Shown here: positions 1-9,379 of the stretch, one piece after another
Layout: every line of letters begins with the position of its first letter
Position numbering within the stretch: the first letter of the stretch is position 1
NCBI GenBank assembly: GCA_963698925.1
Contig: CAVOSR010000001.1
Location: 384,096 to 448,095, forward strand
Length of the DNA: 64,000 bases
Reading direction: 5' to 3'
Source: an uncultured Actinomycetes bacterium
Lineage (GTDB): Bacteria > Actinomycetota > Thermoleophilia > Gaiellales > Gaiellaceae
Notes under the pieces: generated by a model
What the model saw: only the letters and a program-made list of their open reading frames with translations
What the model was told of the DNA's origin: nothing
Databases searched by the model: none
Translations under genes and position numbers: made by a program

Positions 1-562
1 GGCGGTCGCGCTGATCATGCTGCCGCTCGCGCTCTTCGCGGTCAGCGGGCGATTCGGGCGAGCCCTGCGCGCCGTCCGCGACAGCGAGATCGCCTCGACG
101 GCCAACGGCGTCTCGACGGCCGGGATCAAGACCGCCGCCTTCGGCATCTCCGCCTTCTACTGCGGCGTCGCGGGCGGGCTGTACGCGGTCGGGATCACCT
201 ACGTCAATCCCGACACCTTCCCGATCGAGCTCTCGATCCTGCTCCTGGTCGGGATCGTGGTCGGGGGCGCAGGATCGACCTGGGGAATGATCTTCGGTGC
301 GTTCTTCGTCGAGTTCATCCGGATCAGCTGGGGCCCGGCGCTGCTCGACCAGTTCGACCGGTTCTACAACATCGACACGCACGCAGCCGGCTCGGGCCTG
401 GTCATCTACGGCCTGATCCTGCTCGCGGTGCTTTTCGTCGCCCCGGCAGGGATGGCGGGACTCGTGCGGCGCGTGTTTACCGGCCGCGCCGCGGTCGCCG
501 CCTGGGCGAAGCCTGGGAGCACGACCCCGTCGGATCCGGCAACGGGCGCAGAAGGCCCCTAA
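1..562 (+). CDS. Branched-chain amino acid ABC transporter permease (LivM-like), C-terminal part; 5' end lies outside the window
   Basis: The frame of ORF 17..562 is open back to the window edge. The translation is a hydrophobic multi-TM protein (GIKTAAFGISAFYCGVAGGLYA, SILLLVGIVVGGAGSTWG) typical of LivM/LivH permeases. A Liv-type binding protein gene follows. Confidence 0.7.
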   Translation, partial: AVALIMLPLALFAVSGRFGRALRAVRDSEIASTANGVSTAGIKTAAFGISAFYCGVAGGLYAVGITYVNPDTFPIELSILLLVGIVVGGAGSTWGMIFGAFFVEFIRISWGPALLDQFDRFYNIDTHAAGSGLVIYGLILLAVLFVAPAGMAGLVRRVFTGRAAVAAWAKPGSTTPSDPATGAEGP

Positions 563-648
563 ATGTGTCCTTCTCTTTCCCCGCCGGGACTTCTATAGTC
601 CGGCCGTAGACCACCCCCCAGGTCACTCCGACAGAGGAGAGAGATCGA

Positions 649-1893
649 ATGAGAAAGACGTTCCTGCTGATCGCCGCGGCGCTCAGCGTCTCGGCCGTCA
701 TCGTGGTGACGGCCGGCGCGACGTCTTCGGCGACGCCGGGCGTTACGGCGAAGTCGATCCTGCTGGAGGGAACGTTCCCCCTCAGCGGGCCGGCGTCGGG
801 GTATGCCCCCATTCCCGGTGGAATGGCCGCGTACTTCTCGTACGTGAACGCGCACGGCGGCGTGAACGGCCGCAAGATCACCTTCAAGTACGAGGACGAC
901 GGCTACAACCCGGCGAACACCGTGCAGATCACGCACAAGTTCGTCGAGCAGGATCACGCGTTCGCGCTCGTCGGCGGACTCGGCACCGAGCCCCAGACTG
1001 CGGTGCGCCAGTACCTGAACGACAACAAGGTGCCGCAGCTGTTCGTCTCCACGGGCGCAACCACGTTCGATCGTGACTACGCGCAGTACCCGTGGACGCT
1101 CGGCTGGCAGCCCGACTACGAGGCCGAGGGGGCGATCTACGGCAAGTACATCGCGAAGAACCTCCCCGGTGCGAAGCTCGGAATCCTCTACCAGGACGAC
1201 GACTACGGCAACGACTACCTGCGTGGTCTCAAGTCCGGCCTGACGGCGATCCACCAGACGCAGATCGTCGATGCGGAGGGCTATGCGCTCAGCGGCACGC
1301 CGCCTGCGGCACAGGTGGCGAAGCTAAGGGCCGCCGGAGCCGACACGTTCATCATCTTCGCGACGCCGACTCCGACCATTCAGGCCTACGTCATCTCGAC
1401 GAAGCTCGGCTGGCACCCGGCACACGTGATCACGAACTCCGTCAGCGCCACCGACGCGTTCCTGACCGTCGCGACGAAGTCCGGTTCGGACAACACGAAC
1501 GGGACGTTGACCGTGAACTACCTGCTCGACCCGGCGAACCCGCTCTACGCGAAGGCGCCGGGGATGAAGCTCTACCGCCAGATCATGGCGAAGTACAACC
1601 CGAAGGCGAATGCGAACGACGGCCTCAACCTCTACGGCGTCGCCAAGGCGTGGACGACCGTGCAGGTGCTGAAGAACGCCGGGAAGAACCTGACCCGTGC
1701 AGGCCTGATGAAGGCGGCTCGGAACATGAACTTCTCGACCGCCAAGAAGAACGCGAACCCGTTCGCCCTTCCTGGCGTGCGGGTGTTCACCAAGGGCGGG
1801 TACCAGTACCCGATCGCGCAGGTGCAGCTCGTGCAGTACCAGAACAACACGTTCAAGCCCGTCAGCAAGCTGATCAACGGCCGCGGCGCCTGA
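649..1893 (+). CDS. ABC transporter substrate-binding protein (LivJ/LivK-like, type I periplasmic binding fold)
   Basis: Intact 414-aa ORF with an N-terminal signal or anchor (MRKTFLLIAAALSVSAVIVVTAGA). It has Leu/Ile/Val-binding-like blocks (EDDGYNPANTV, LVGGLGT, LYQDDDYG) and a GGAGAG RBS upstream. Confidence 0.85.
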   Translation: MRKTFLLIAAALSVSAVIVVTAGATSSATPGVTAKSILLEGTFPLSGPASGYAPIPGGMAAYFSYVNAHGGVNGRKITFKYEDDGYNPANTVQITHKFVEQDHAFALVGGLGTEPQTAVRQYLNDNKVPQLFVSTGATTFDRDYAQYPWTLGWQPDYEAEGAIYGKYIAKNLPGAKLGILYQDDDYGNDYLRGLKSGLTAIHQTQIVDAEGYALSGTPPAAQVAKLRAAGADTFIIFATPTPTIQAYVISTKLGWHPAHVITNSVSATDAFLTVATKSGSDNTNGTLTVNYLLDPANPLYAKAPGMKLYRQIMAKYNPKANANDGLNLYGVAKAWTTVQVLKNAGKNLTRAGLMKAARNMNFSTAKKNANPFALPGVRVFTKGGYQYPIAQVQLVQYQNNTFKPVSKLINGRGA

Positions 1894-1918
1894 GACCAGC
1901 ACTGAGTTCGTGCTCTAC

Positions 1919-1947
1919 GAGAGGGCCGGCATCGCCGGCCCTCTCTC
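1919..1947 (+). terminator. GC-rich hairpin between the binding-protein gene and the thiolase gene
   Basis: Inverted repeat GAGAGGGCCGGC-ATC-GCCGGCCCTCTC lies just after the stop at 1893. There is no T-tract, as is usual in high-GC genomes. Confidence 0.45.
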
Positions 1948-3111
1948 GTGCAAGATGAGCGCATGCCTGAAGCCGTGATCGTCTCCGCTGCGCGCACGCC
2001 GATCGGCCGTGCCGCCAAGGGCTCGCTCGTCGACGCCCGTCCCGACGACCTTGCAGGGTTCGCGATCAAGACGGCCCTCGACAAGGTCCCCGACCTGCCG
2101 CCCGAAGAGGTCGCCGACGTGATCATCGGCTGCGGCTTCCCGCAGGAGAAGCAAGGCATGAACCTGGGCCGCCGCGCGGCGCTGCTCTCCGGGCTGCCGC
2201 ACACGGTTCCCGGCACGACCGTCAACCGCTTCTGCGCGTCGAGCCTGCAGACGATCCGCATGGCCTTCCACGCCGTACGCGCAGGCGAGGGCGAGGCATT
2301 CGTCGCCGGCGGCGTCGAGTCGATCTCGCAGGTCAACGGCTATCCGAAGAGCGACGACGAGCTGCACATGGCGCTCTTCGGCGACGACGCGCCGATCGCC
2401 AACGTCTACATCCCGATGGGGCTCACTGCGGAGAACGTCGCCGAGCAGTGGGACGTCTCGCGCGAGGACATGGACCGCTTCGCGCAGCAGTCGCAGGAGC
2501 GCGCCGTCGCGGCGCAGGACTCCGGGTTCTTCGCCCGGGAGCTGACGCCGTACGAGGGCGTCGACACCGACGACGGCCCGCGCCGCTCGTCGACGCTCGA
2601 GAAGCTGCAGTCGCTCGACCCCGCGTTCAAGCCGGGCGGCAAGGTGACGGCCGGCAACTCGTGCCCGCTCAACGACGGCGCAGCGGCCGTGGTCGTGATG
2701 TCGGCCGATCGCGCACGCGAGCTCGGGATCGCGCCGCGCGCGCGGATCATCGCGTCGAGCGTGTCGGGCGTCGAGCCCGAGATCATGGGCGTCGGCCCGA
2801 TCGAGGCCGTGCGCAAGGTGCTCGCGCAGGCAGGGATGACGATCGACGACGTCGACGTGATGGAGCTCAACGAAGCGTTTGCCGCGCAGGTGATCCCGGT
2901 CTGCCGCGAGGTCGGCGTGGATCCGTTCAGCGACAAGCTGAACCCGCACGGCGGCGCGATCGCCCTCGGCCATCCCTACGGCATGACCGGCGCCCGGATC
3001 ATGAACACGCTGCTCAACGACCTCGAGACGATGGACCGCACGATCGGGCTCGAGACGATGTGCGTCGGTGGCGGCCAGGGCATGGCCATGCTCGTCGAGC
3101 GTCTGAACTGA
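1948..3111 (+). CDS. Acetyl-CoA C-acetyltransferase / thiolase
   Basis: Intact 387-aa ORF. It carries thiolase signatures (VNRFCASSLQ with the active-site Cys, NEAFAAQ, GGAIALGHPYGMTGAR, CVGGGQGMA). Confidence 0.9.
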   Translation: MQDERMPEAVIVSAARTPIGRAAKGSLVDARPDDLAGFAIKTALDKVPDLPPEEVADVIIGCGFPQEKQGMNLGRRAALLSGLPHTVPGTTVNRFCASSLQTIRMAFHAVRAGEGEAFVAGGVESISQVNGYPKSDDELHMALFGDDAPIANVYIPMGLTAENVAEQWDVSREDMDRFAQQSQERAVAAQDSGFFARELTPYEGVDTDDGPRRSSTLEKLQSLDPAFKPGGKVTAGNSCPLNDGAAAVVVMSADRARELGIAPRARIIASSVSGVEPEIMGVGPIEAVRKVLAQAGMTIDDVDVMELNEAFAAQVIPVCREVGVDPFSDKLNPHGGAIALGHPYGMTGARIMNTLLNDLETMDRTIGLETMCVGGGQGMAMLVERLN

Positions 3112-3947
3112 GCTTCCTCGCCCTCGCGCTCGCCCTGGGGTCGTCCGTCATGTGGGGCGCGGCCGACTTCGCCGGCGGCTCGCTGACGCGGCGGCTGCCG
3201 GCGTTCGCCGTCACGCTCGTCTCGCAGGCCGCGGGCTTCGTGCTGCTGGTCGTCGCGATCGGCGTGCGCGGCGACGTCAACGAACGTTCGCTGTGGATCG
3301 GGGCGCTCGCCGGGCTCGGAGGCGGCATCGGCCTCGCGGCGTTCTACCGCGCGCTCTCGCTGGGGACGATGAGCGTCGTCTCGCCGCTCGTCGCCTGCGG
3401 CGCGATCGTGCCGTTCGCGCTCGCGGTCGCCACCGGCGAGCGGCCGGCCGTGGTCGCGCTGCTCGGAGCGGTCGCAGCGCTCGGCGGCGCGGTGCTCGCA
3501 TCGGTCGAGGAGCGGCGCGCATCCTCGCCCGAGCGGGCGCGTGCGATCGTGCTCGCGGTCGTCGCCGCGGCGGCGCTCGGCCTCTTCGTCTACTTCCTGG
3601 GCGTCGGCAGCCGGGACGGCGACGTGCTCTCGACGCTCGTCGGCGCGCGGATCGGCTCGCTCTCGGTGCTGGTGGTGCTCGCGCTCGCGCTGCGGGCGCC
3701 GCTGCTCGTCCCGCGCTCGGCGGTGCTCGCGGTCGCCGCGGTCGGGATCGCCGACGTGACGGCGAACGCGCTCTTCGCGCTGTCGAGCACGCAGGGCTTG
3801 CTCTCGCTCACCTCCGTGCTCGGCTCGCTCTACCCGGTGGTGACGGTGCTGCTCGCCCACGTGCTGCTGCACGAGCGGCTGACCGGCACGCAGAAGCTCG
3901 GCGTCGCGGTCGCGCTCGGCGGTGTCGTGGCGATCAGTCTCGGTTGA
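3108..3947 (+). CDS. EamA/DMT family transporter
   Basis: The in-frame part of ORF 2448..3947 after the thiolase stop reads as about 10 TM helices (LSFLALALALGSSVMWGAADF ...). The only canonical start is ATG 3150, which would cut TM1. The start is therefore uncertain (CTG 3108 or ATG 3150). Confidence 0.7.
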   Translation: MSFLALALALGSSVMWGAADFAGGSLTRRLPAFAVTLVSQAAGFVLLVVAIGVRGDVNERSLWIGALAGLGGGIGLAAFYRALSLGTMSVVSPLVACGAIVPFALAVATGERPAVVALLGAVAALGGAVLASVEERRASSPERARAIVLAVVAAAALGLFVYFLGVGSRDGDVLSTLVGARIGSLSVLVVLALALRAPLLVPRSAVLAVAAVGIADVTANALFALSSTQGLLSLTSVLGSLYPVVTVLLAHVLLHERLTGTQKLGVAVALGGVVAISLG

Positions 3948-4587
3948 GCCAGGCCTTCAGCTCGACCCAGAGGTGCTCCATCGTCGTCTCCCGCGCGGGA
4001 TGGAGCGGGTCGTACGGGATGTAGTTGACCGTGCGCACGATCCAGCGCCCGTCGTCGCCGAGGTCGAGCACGTTGATGCACGCGGGAGCCTGCTCGAACG
4101 TGCCGAAGTACGCGCGGCCGCCGGCAAGCGCGTGCGAGATGAGGATGCGGTTGACGCCACCGTGGAACACGGCGAGCGCGGTCTGCCACGGCTGGGCGAC
4201 GAGGCGGTCGAAAGCAGGCAGGACCCGGTCGAGCGCCTCGCCGAGCGATTCGCCGCCGAGGAAGCGCTCGTGCTCCTCGCTGATCGTGAGCGAGCCGACG
4301 AACACCTGCTCGAGCTCCTCGGGCGGCACGGCGTCGAGACGTCCACCGCGCCACTCGGCGAACTCGGCCACGAGCCGCGGCTCGAGCGCCGGCGCGACGA
4401 CCGCTGCCGTCTCGGCCGTCCGGGGGAGCGTGCTCGTGACGACGAGGTCGAGCTCGACGCCGGCGAGCGCACGGTGGGCGGCAGCCGCCTGCTCGTGACC
4501 GCGCGCGGTCAGCTTGACGACCTCCGGGTCGGGCTCGCCGGCGTACGACACCTCGGCGTGCCGCATCAGGTAGAGGCGCCGGCGCAT
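3934..4587 (-). CDS. Histidine phosphatase family protein (phosphoglycerate-mutase-like)
   Basis: The internal Met75 of ORF 3934..4809 gives MRRRLYLMRHAEV (the RHG-type catalytic motif), then LTARGHEQA and TSTLPRTAETA. Product is 217 aa. Confidence 0.8.
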   Translation of the reverse strand: MRRRLYLMRHAEVSYAGEPDPEVVKLTARGHEQAAAAHRALAGVELDLVVTSTLPRTAETAAVVAPALEPRLVAEFAEWRGGRLDAVPPEELEQVFVGSLTISEEHERFLGGESLGEALDRVLPAFDRLVAQPWQTALAVFHGGVNRILISHALAGGRAYFGTFEQAPACINVLDLGDDGRWIVRTVNYIPYDPLHPARETTMEHLWVELKAWLNRD

Positions 4588-5647
4588 GCCGCGTAGCATC
4601 GCAGCGATGTCCGAGCGCGCACCGCTGATCGTGCCCGAGCGCGTGGAGGCGTTTCTCGACGAGCACGGTCTCGGCAGCGGCCCGGTCGTCGCGACACGGA
4701 TCGGCGACGGCGGCGGCTCGAACTTCACGTTCCTGGTCGAGCGCGGCGACGAGCGGTTCGTCCTGCGCAGGCCGCCGCGCCCGCCCCTGCCGCCGTCGGC
4801 GCACGACATGGTGCGCGAGGCGAGGCTCCAGGATGCGATCCGCGTCGCGGGCTTCGACCGGCTCGCGGAGATCGTCGCGGTCTGCGAGGACGAGGCCGTG
4901 CTCGGCGTCCCGTTCTACGTGATGCGGTTTCTCGACGGGCACGTGATCACCGACGAGCTGCCGGCGGGGCTCGAGGACGAGACCGCGCGCCACCGGCTCG
5001 GGCTCGACCTCGTCGACACGCTGGTCGAGATCCACGCCGCCGACGTGACGCGTCCCGAGCTCGCGGCGTTCGCGCGCCCGGGCAGCTACCTGGAGCGCCA
5101 GACGCGCCGGTTCACGCAGCTCTGGGAGATCAACAAGACGCGCGAGCTGCCGGAGGTCGAACAGGTGGGCGACTGGCTGACGACGCACCTGCCGGAGCCG
5201 CTGCCCGAGACGGTCGTGCACGGCGACTATCGCCTCGGGAACATGATGGTCGCGCCGGGCGAGCCGACGCGGATCCTCGCGGTGCTCGACTGGGAGATGG
5301 GCGCGATCGGCGACCCGCGCGCCGACGTCGGCTATCTGCTCGCGACCTACAGCGAGCCCGGCGGGCGGACGAGCGCGCTCGGCTCGACGCCCGTCACGGC
5401 CGAGCCCGGGTTCCCGAGCCGCGCGCAGCTCGTCGAGCGCTACGCGGCGCAGAGCGGCCGCGACGTCGAGCCGCTCGCGTGGTTCGAGGCGCTCGCGCTC
5501 TGGAAGGCAGCCGTCTTCTGCGAGGCGATCTACGGCCGCTTCATCCGCGGCGAGCTGGGAGCCGAAGACACGCGCGCCGCGATCTTCGAGGTGGCGGTGC
5601 CGCTGCTGGCGCAGACCGCGCTCGAGACCATCGACGCTTACCCCTGA
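4586..5647 (+). CDS. Phosphotransferase family protein (APH/ACAD10-11 N-terminal kinase-like)
   Basis: Intact 353-aa ORF with motifs GGGSNFTF, FVLRRPP, HGDYRLGNMM and LDWEM. It lies next to acyl-CoA dehydrogenase genes, as is often seen for this family. Confidence 0.8.
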   Translation: MPRSIAAMSERAPLIVPERVEAFLDEHGLGSGPVVATRIGDGGGSNFTFLVERGDERFVLRRPPRPPLPPSAHDMVREARLQDAIRVAGFDRLAEIVAVCEDEAVLGVPFYVMRFLDGHVITDELPAGLEDETARHRLGLDLVDTLVEIHAADVTRPELAAFARPGSYLERQTRRFTQLWEINKTRELPEVEQVGDWLTTHLPEPLPETVVHGDYRLGNMMVAPGEPTRILAVLDWEMGAIGDPRADVGYLLATYSEPGGRTSALGSTPVTAEPGFPSRAQLVERYAAQSGRDVEPLAWFEALALWKAAVFCEAIYGRFIRGELGAEDTRAAIFEVAVPLLAQTALETIDAYP

Positions 5648-5678
5648 GTCTGACTCGAGTCTGACCTGAGTCTGACCC
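5645..5678. repeat. Three tandem 11-nt units, (T/C)GAGTCTGAC(T/C)
   Basis: Read directly: TGAGTCTGACT CGAGTCTGACC TGAGTCTGACC. It starts at the stop codon of the phosphotransferase gene, between convergent genes, and contains the palindrome GAGTC-T-GACTC. Confidence 0.6.
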
Positions 5679-5744
5679 ACCGAAGTGCCACGACCCTGTC
5701 ACGGAAGCGTGAAGTAGCTGCTCAGCGGCTCCTTTTCGTACCAC

Positions 5745-6743
5745 CTACAACGCGGCTTCGGCGACCGCGCGCAGCGTTGCCTCGTCGCGCGTCGAGACGA
5801 GCAGCGTCGTCGCCCCGCTCTCGCGCCACGCGGCCAGGCGGTCGCGGATCCGGTCGACCGGGCCGATCAGCGCGACCTCGTCGACGAACGCGTCCGGCAC
5901 CTTGCCCGCAGCCTCGCGCTGCTGGCCGCCGAGGAACAGCTCCTGGATCTCGCGCGCCTCCGCTTCGTAGCCGTAGCGCGTGAAGAGGTCGTTGTAGAAG
6001 TTCTTGCCCCGCGCGCCCATGCCGCCGATGTAGAACGAGTAGTACTCCTTCAGCACGTCGCGCCCGGCCTGCACGTCGTCGATCAGCAGCGCCGGCACCG
6101 ACGGCGCGATGTCGAAGCCCTCGCGCGCGCGGTCGAGCGGGAAGACGTCGCGCGCCTTCTCCGGCGACCAGAAGATCGGCAGCCAGCCGTCCGCCAGCTC
6201 GAACGTCTGCTCGACCGCCTTCGGACCGATCGCCGCCAGGTAGATCGGGATGTCGCTCCGCAGCGGCCGCGCCATCAGCTTCAACGGCTTGCCGAGCCCC
6301 GTGCCGCCCTGCACCGGGATGTCGTAGTGCTCGCCGTGATGCTCGAGCCGCTCGCGGCGCAGGATCGCGCGCACGATCTCGACGTACTCGCGCGTCTTGC
6401 CGAGCGGCTTGCCCCACTCCTGCCCGTGCCAGCCCTCGACCACCTGCGGCCCCGACGTGCCGAGCCCCATCAGGAACCTGCCGCCCGAGAGCAGGTCGAG
6501 CGTCGCCGCGGTCATCGCCGCGTTTGCGGGCGAGCGGCCCGGCAGTTGCATGATCGCCGTGCCGAGCTTCAGCGTCGTCGTCTGCGCGCCGAGCCACGCG
6601 AGCGGCGTGATCGCATCGACCCCCCACGCCTCGGCCGCCCACGCCGAGTCGTAGCCGAGACCCTCCGCGAGCCTGGCGAGCTCGAGCAGCTCGAGTGGAT
6701 TCGTGCCCGGCTGCGCGTAGCCCATGTAGAAGCCGAGCCTCAT
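5745..6743 (-). CDS. LLM class F420-dependent oxidoreductase (luciferase-like monooxygenase fold)
   Basis: Met75 of ORF 5745..6965 gives MRLGFYMGYAQPG..LARLAEGLGYDSAWAAEAWG..LGTAIMQLPGRSPA..FLMGLGTSGPQVVEGWHG. Product is 333 aa. Confidence 0.8.
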   Translation of the reverse strand: MRLGFYMGYAQPGTNPLELLELARLAEGLGYDSAWAAEAWGVDAITPLAWLGAQTTTLKLGTAIMQLPGRSPANAAMTAATLDLLSGGRFLMGLGTSGPQVVEGWHGQEWGKPLGKTREYVEIVRAILRRERLEHHGEHYDIPVQGGTGLGKPLKLMARPLRSDIPIYLAAIGPKAVEQTFELADGWLPIFWSPEKARDVFPLDRAREGFDIAPSVPALLIDDVQAGRDVLKEYYSFYIGGMGARGKNFYNDLFTRYGYEAEAREIQELFLGGQQREAAGKVPDAFVDEVALIGPVDRIRDRLAAWRESGATTLLVSTRDEATLRAVAEAAL

Positions 6744-6762
6744 TCCGTGCGATGCTAACGCC

Positions 6763-7967
6763 ATGGCGACGACCGCATGGGCTCCGCCGACCGAGCGGCT
6801 CGAGCAGGTCAAGGCGTTCATGGCCGAGCGCGTCGTCCCGAACGAGCGCGCGATCGAGCGCCAGGACGCCGACGGCGAGGCGCTGCTCGCCGAGTTGCAG
6901 GACGAGGTGCGCGCCGCGGGCCTCTGGGCGCCGCACGTTCCGCCGGAGGCGGGAGGCACCGGCACCGGCTTCCTCGACTACGCGTACCTGAACGAGCACA
7001 TCGGCCGCTCGACGTGGGGGCAGCGCGTCTTCGGCTGCCAGGCACCGGACGCCGGCAACGCCGAGATCCTGCACATGTTCGGCACCGACGAGCAGAAGGA
7101 GCGCTGGCTGCAGCCGCTCGTCGCGGGCCAGATCCGCTCGTTCTTCTCGATGACCGAGCCCGAGGTGCCCGGCTCCGACCCGACGACGCTGCGCACACGC
7201 GCGGTCCGCGACGGCGACGACTGGGTGATCGACGGCCACAAGTGGTTCTCGTCGGGCGCCGACGGCGCGGCGTTCGGGATCGTGATGGCGGTCACCGATC
7301 CGGATGCCGACCCGCACGCACGCGCCACGCAGATCATCGTCCCGGCCGACACGCCGGGCGTCGACGTCGTCCGACCCGATCGTCGTGATGGGCCACGAGG
7401 GCAAGGGCTGGTCGACGCACTGCGAGGTGCGCTACACCGGCGTCCGCGTGCCCGCGTCGAACACGCTCGGCGCCGAAGGAGCCGGCTTCCTGATCGCCCA
7501 GAAGCGCCTCGGCCCGGGCCGCATCCACCACGTGATGCGCTGGCTCGGTCAGATGCAGCGCGCATTCGAGCTGATGTGCACCTACTCGCTCGGCCGCGAG
7601 ACCTCGAGCGGGCCGCTCTCGAGCAAGCAGACCATCCAGAACTGGATCGCCGACTCCTACGCCGAGATCCAGGCGTGCCGCCTCATGACCCTCGACGCCG
7701 CCCACAAGATCGACGGCGGCGACGAGGCGCGCGTCGAGGTCTCCGCGATCAAGTTCTTCGCCGCGAAGGTGCTCGTCGACGTGATCGACCGCGCCGTGCA
7801 GGTGCACGGCGCCCGCGGGCTGACCGACGAGACCCCGCTCGCCGCGCATGCTGATGAAGGCCCGCGGCGGCCGGATCTACGACGGCCCGGACGAGGTGCA
7901 CCGCCAGGTCGTGGCCAAACGCATCCTGAAAGCGTTTGCCAACGGCGACGAGTGGCATTTTGCGTAG
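6763..7967 (+). pseudogene. Acyl-CoA dehydrogenase, reading frame broken twice
   Basis: The homologous translation continues across three frames. ORF 6763.. covers up to ..GVDVVRPD, ORF 7304.. covers PIVVMGHEGKG.. to ..TPLAAH, and a third frame reads MLMKARGGRIYDGPDEVHRQVVAKRIL to the TAG at 7965. Frameshifts are near 7378 and 7845. Confidence 0.8.
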
Positions 7968-8507
7968 ATGCAGTCTCTTCAAGGCCAGCTGCTCGTCTCG
8001 TCGCCGTCGCTGAACGACCCCAACTTCCGCAAGACGGTCGTCCTGATCGCCCACCACGACGAGGAGGGCGCGATGGGGCTCGTGCTCAGCCGACCCTCCG
8101 ACGTCGCCGCCGGCGACGCCGTGCCGGCGCTGCAGGTGCTGCCCGGCGCCGACGAGCCCGTGTACGTCGGTGGGCCGGTGCAGCCCGAGGCGTTCATGGT
8201 GCTCGCCGAGTTCGACGACGTCGATGCCGCGGCCGCGCCGATCTTCGACCGCGTCGGGTTCATGCCCGCCGAGGCCGAGCCCGACGAGCTGCCGATCAGG
8301 CGCTTCCGGCTCTTCTCCGGCTACGCCGGATGGGGTGCCGGCCAGCTCGAGTCTGAGCTCGAGGAGCCGTCCTGGATCGTGGTCGCCGCCGAGCCCGACG
8401 ACGCCTTCGCGACCGACCCCGACGAGCTCTGGCGGACCGTGCTGCATCGCAAGGGCGGGCCGTTCGAGATCATGGTCGACATGCCGTTCGACCCCGGGCT
8501 GAACTAG
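7968..8507 (+). CDS. YqgE/AlgH family protein (UPF0301)
   Basis: Intact 179-aa ORF reading LLVSSPSLNDPNFRKTVVLIAHHDEEGAMGLVLSRP, which is characteristic of the family. Confidence 0.85.
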   Translation: MQSLQGQLLVSSPSLNDPNFRKTVVLIAHHDEEGAMGLVLSRPSDVAAGDAVPALQVLPGADEPVYVGGPVQPEAFMVLAEFDDVDAAAAPIFDRVGFMPAEAEPDELPIRRFRLFSGYAGWGAGQLESELEEPSWIVVAAEPDDAFATDPDELWRTVLHRKGGPFEIMVDMPFDPGLN

Positions 8508-8548
8508 CGGCGAGACTCTCAGACGCGGTTCGGCTGAGCAAACCGTGT

Positions 8549-8690
8549 CGGGGTCAGACCCACCGACACGCCCGAAAGAGACACGGCACCGGGTCAGACC
8601 CGACGACACGCCCCGAACAGACACCGCACCGGGGTCAGACCCAAGGACACGCCCCGAACAGACACCGCACCGGGGTCAGACCCCGCGTCG
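8549..8690. repeat. Tandem array of about 3.5 units with a 40-41-nt period, each carrying the palindrome GGGTCAGACCC
   Basis: GGGTCAGACCC occurs at 8551, 8591, 8632 and 8673. The units are nearly identical throughout (..GACACGCCCCGAACAGACACCGCACC..). The array lies between convergent gene ends. Confidence 0.85.
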
Positions 8691-8699
8691 TCCGGACGC

Positions 8700-9379
8700 T
8701 CAGAGCGGCGGCAGGCCCACCGTCTCGCCGGCGCGGCGCGGCCCCGGCACGTTCGCGAAGCGGAACGGCGCAGGCTCGCGCCCCGGCTGCACGAACCAGC
8801 ACTCGCCCGCTCTCGCTCGCCGGTTGCTGCGAGCCACATCGCCTCGGCGACGTCGTCGGGCTGCAGGAGCGGGAACCCGGCCTCCGCGAAGCGCGCCCGC
8901 TGGTCGTGCTGGTCGAGCATCGGCGTGTCGGCGATCCCGGGGCAGATCGCGTTGATCCGGATCGGAGCGAGCTGCGGCGCCACCGAGCGGACGAAGCCGA
9001 CCACCGCGTGCTTCGTGAGCGAGTAGATCGCGTCGAGAGGCATCCCGACCAGGCCCGCGAGCGAGGCGGTGACGACGATCGACCCGCCTTCCATCACCTG
9101 CGCGAGGCGCCGCACGCCGAAGACGACGCCGTCGACGTTGACCGAGACTGCCCGCCGGTAGTCCTCGTCGCTCAGCTCCGCGATCGCGATCTCGGGCGTG
9201 AGGATCCCCGCGTTCAGGCAGGCGAGGTCGACCGGGCCGACCTGCTCCCACGCCGCCGGATCGGCGACGTCGAAGCCGTCGACGAGATCGAGCGACTGCA
9301 CCTCGAAGCCTTCCCGCTCGAGCCGCGCGCGCATCGCGCGGCCGAGCCCGCCCTCGCCACCGGTGACGAGCGCCTTCAC
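8700..9379 (-). pseudogene. SDR family oxidoreductase, one frameshift near the 3' end
   Basis: The GTG at 9379 (VKALVTGGEGGLG) overlaps the upstream stop as GTGA. The catalytic YSLTKHAV motif is present. The C-terminus (ECWFVQPGREPAPFRF..) continues in the frame of ORF 8700..9251. Frameshift near 8810. Confidence 0.75.

Noticed and set aside
3830-5680. 616-aa ORF on the minus strand, and similar giants: 5722..7404 (-), 1915..2973 (-), 8594..10327 (-) as a single protein, 16517..18805 (+), 41550..42896 (-), 51231..52322 (+), 44968..46377 (-)
   Set aside because: Their translations are dominated by Arg/Ala/Pro/Gly/Asp runs with no recognisable motifs. They lie antisense or out of frame to genes with clear family signatures. 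This is the expected artefact of stop-codon scarcity in very GC-rich DNA.
8549-8690. Possible mini-CRISPR array (regularly spaced palindromic repeats with about a 40-nt period; likewise 28320..28440)
   Set aside because: The sequence between the palindromic cores is itself repeated from unit to unit, so these are tandem repeats rather than unique spacers. There are only 3-4 units, the conserved cores are only 11 nt, and no cas genes are in the window.
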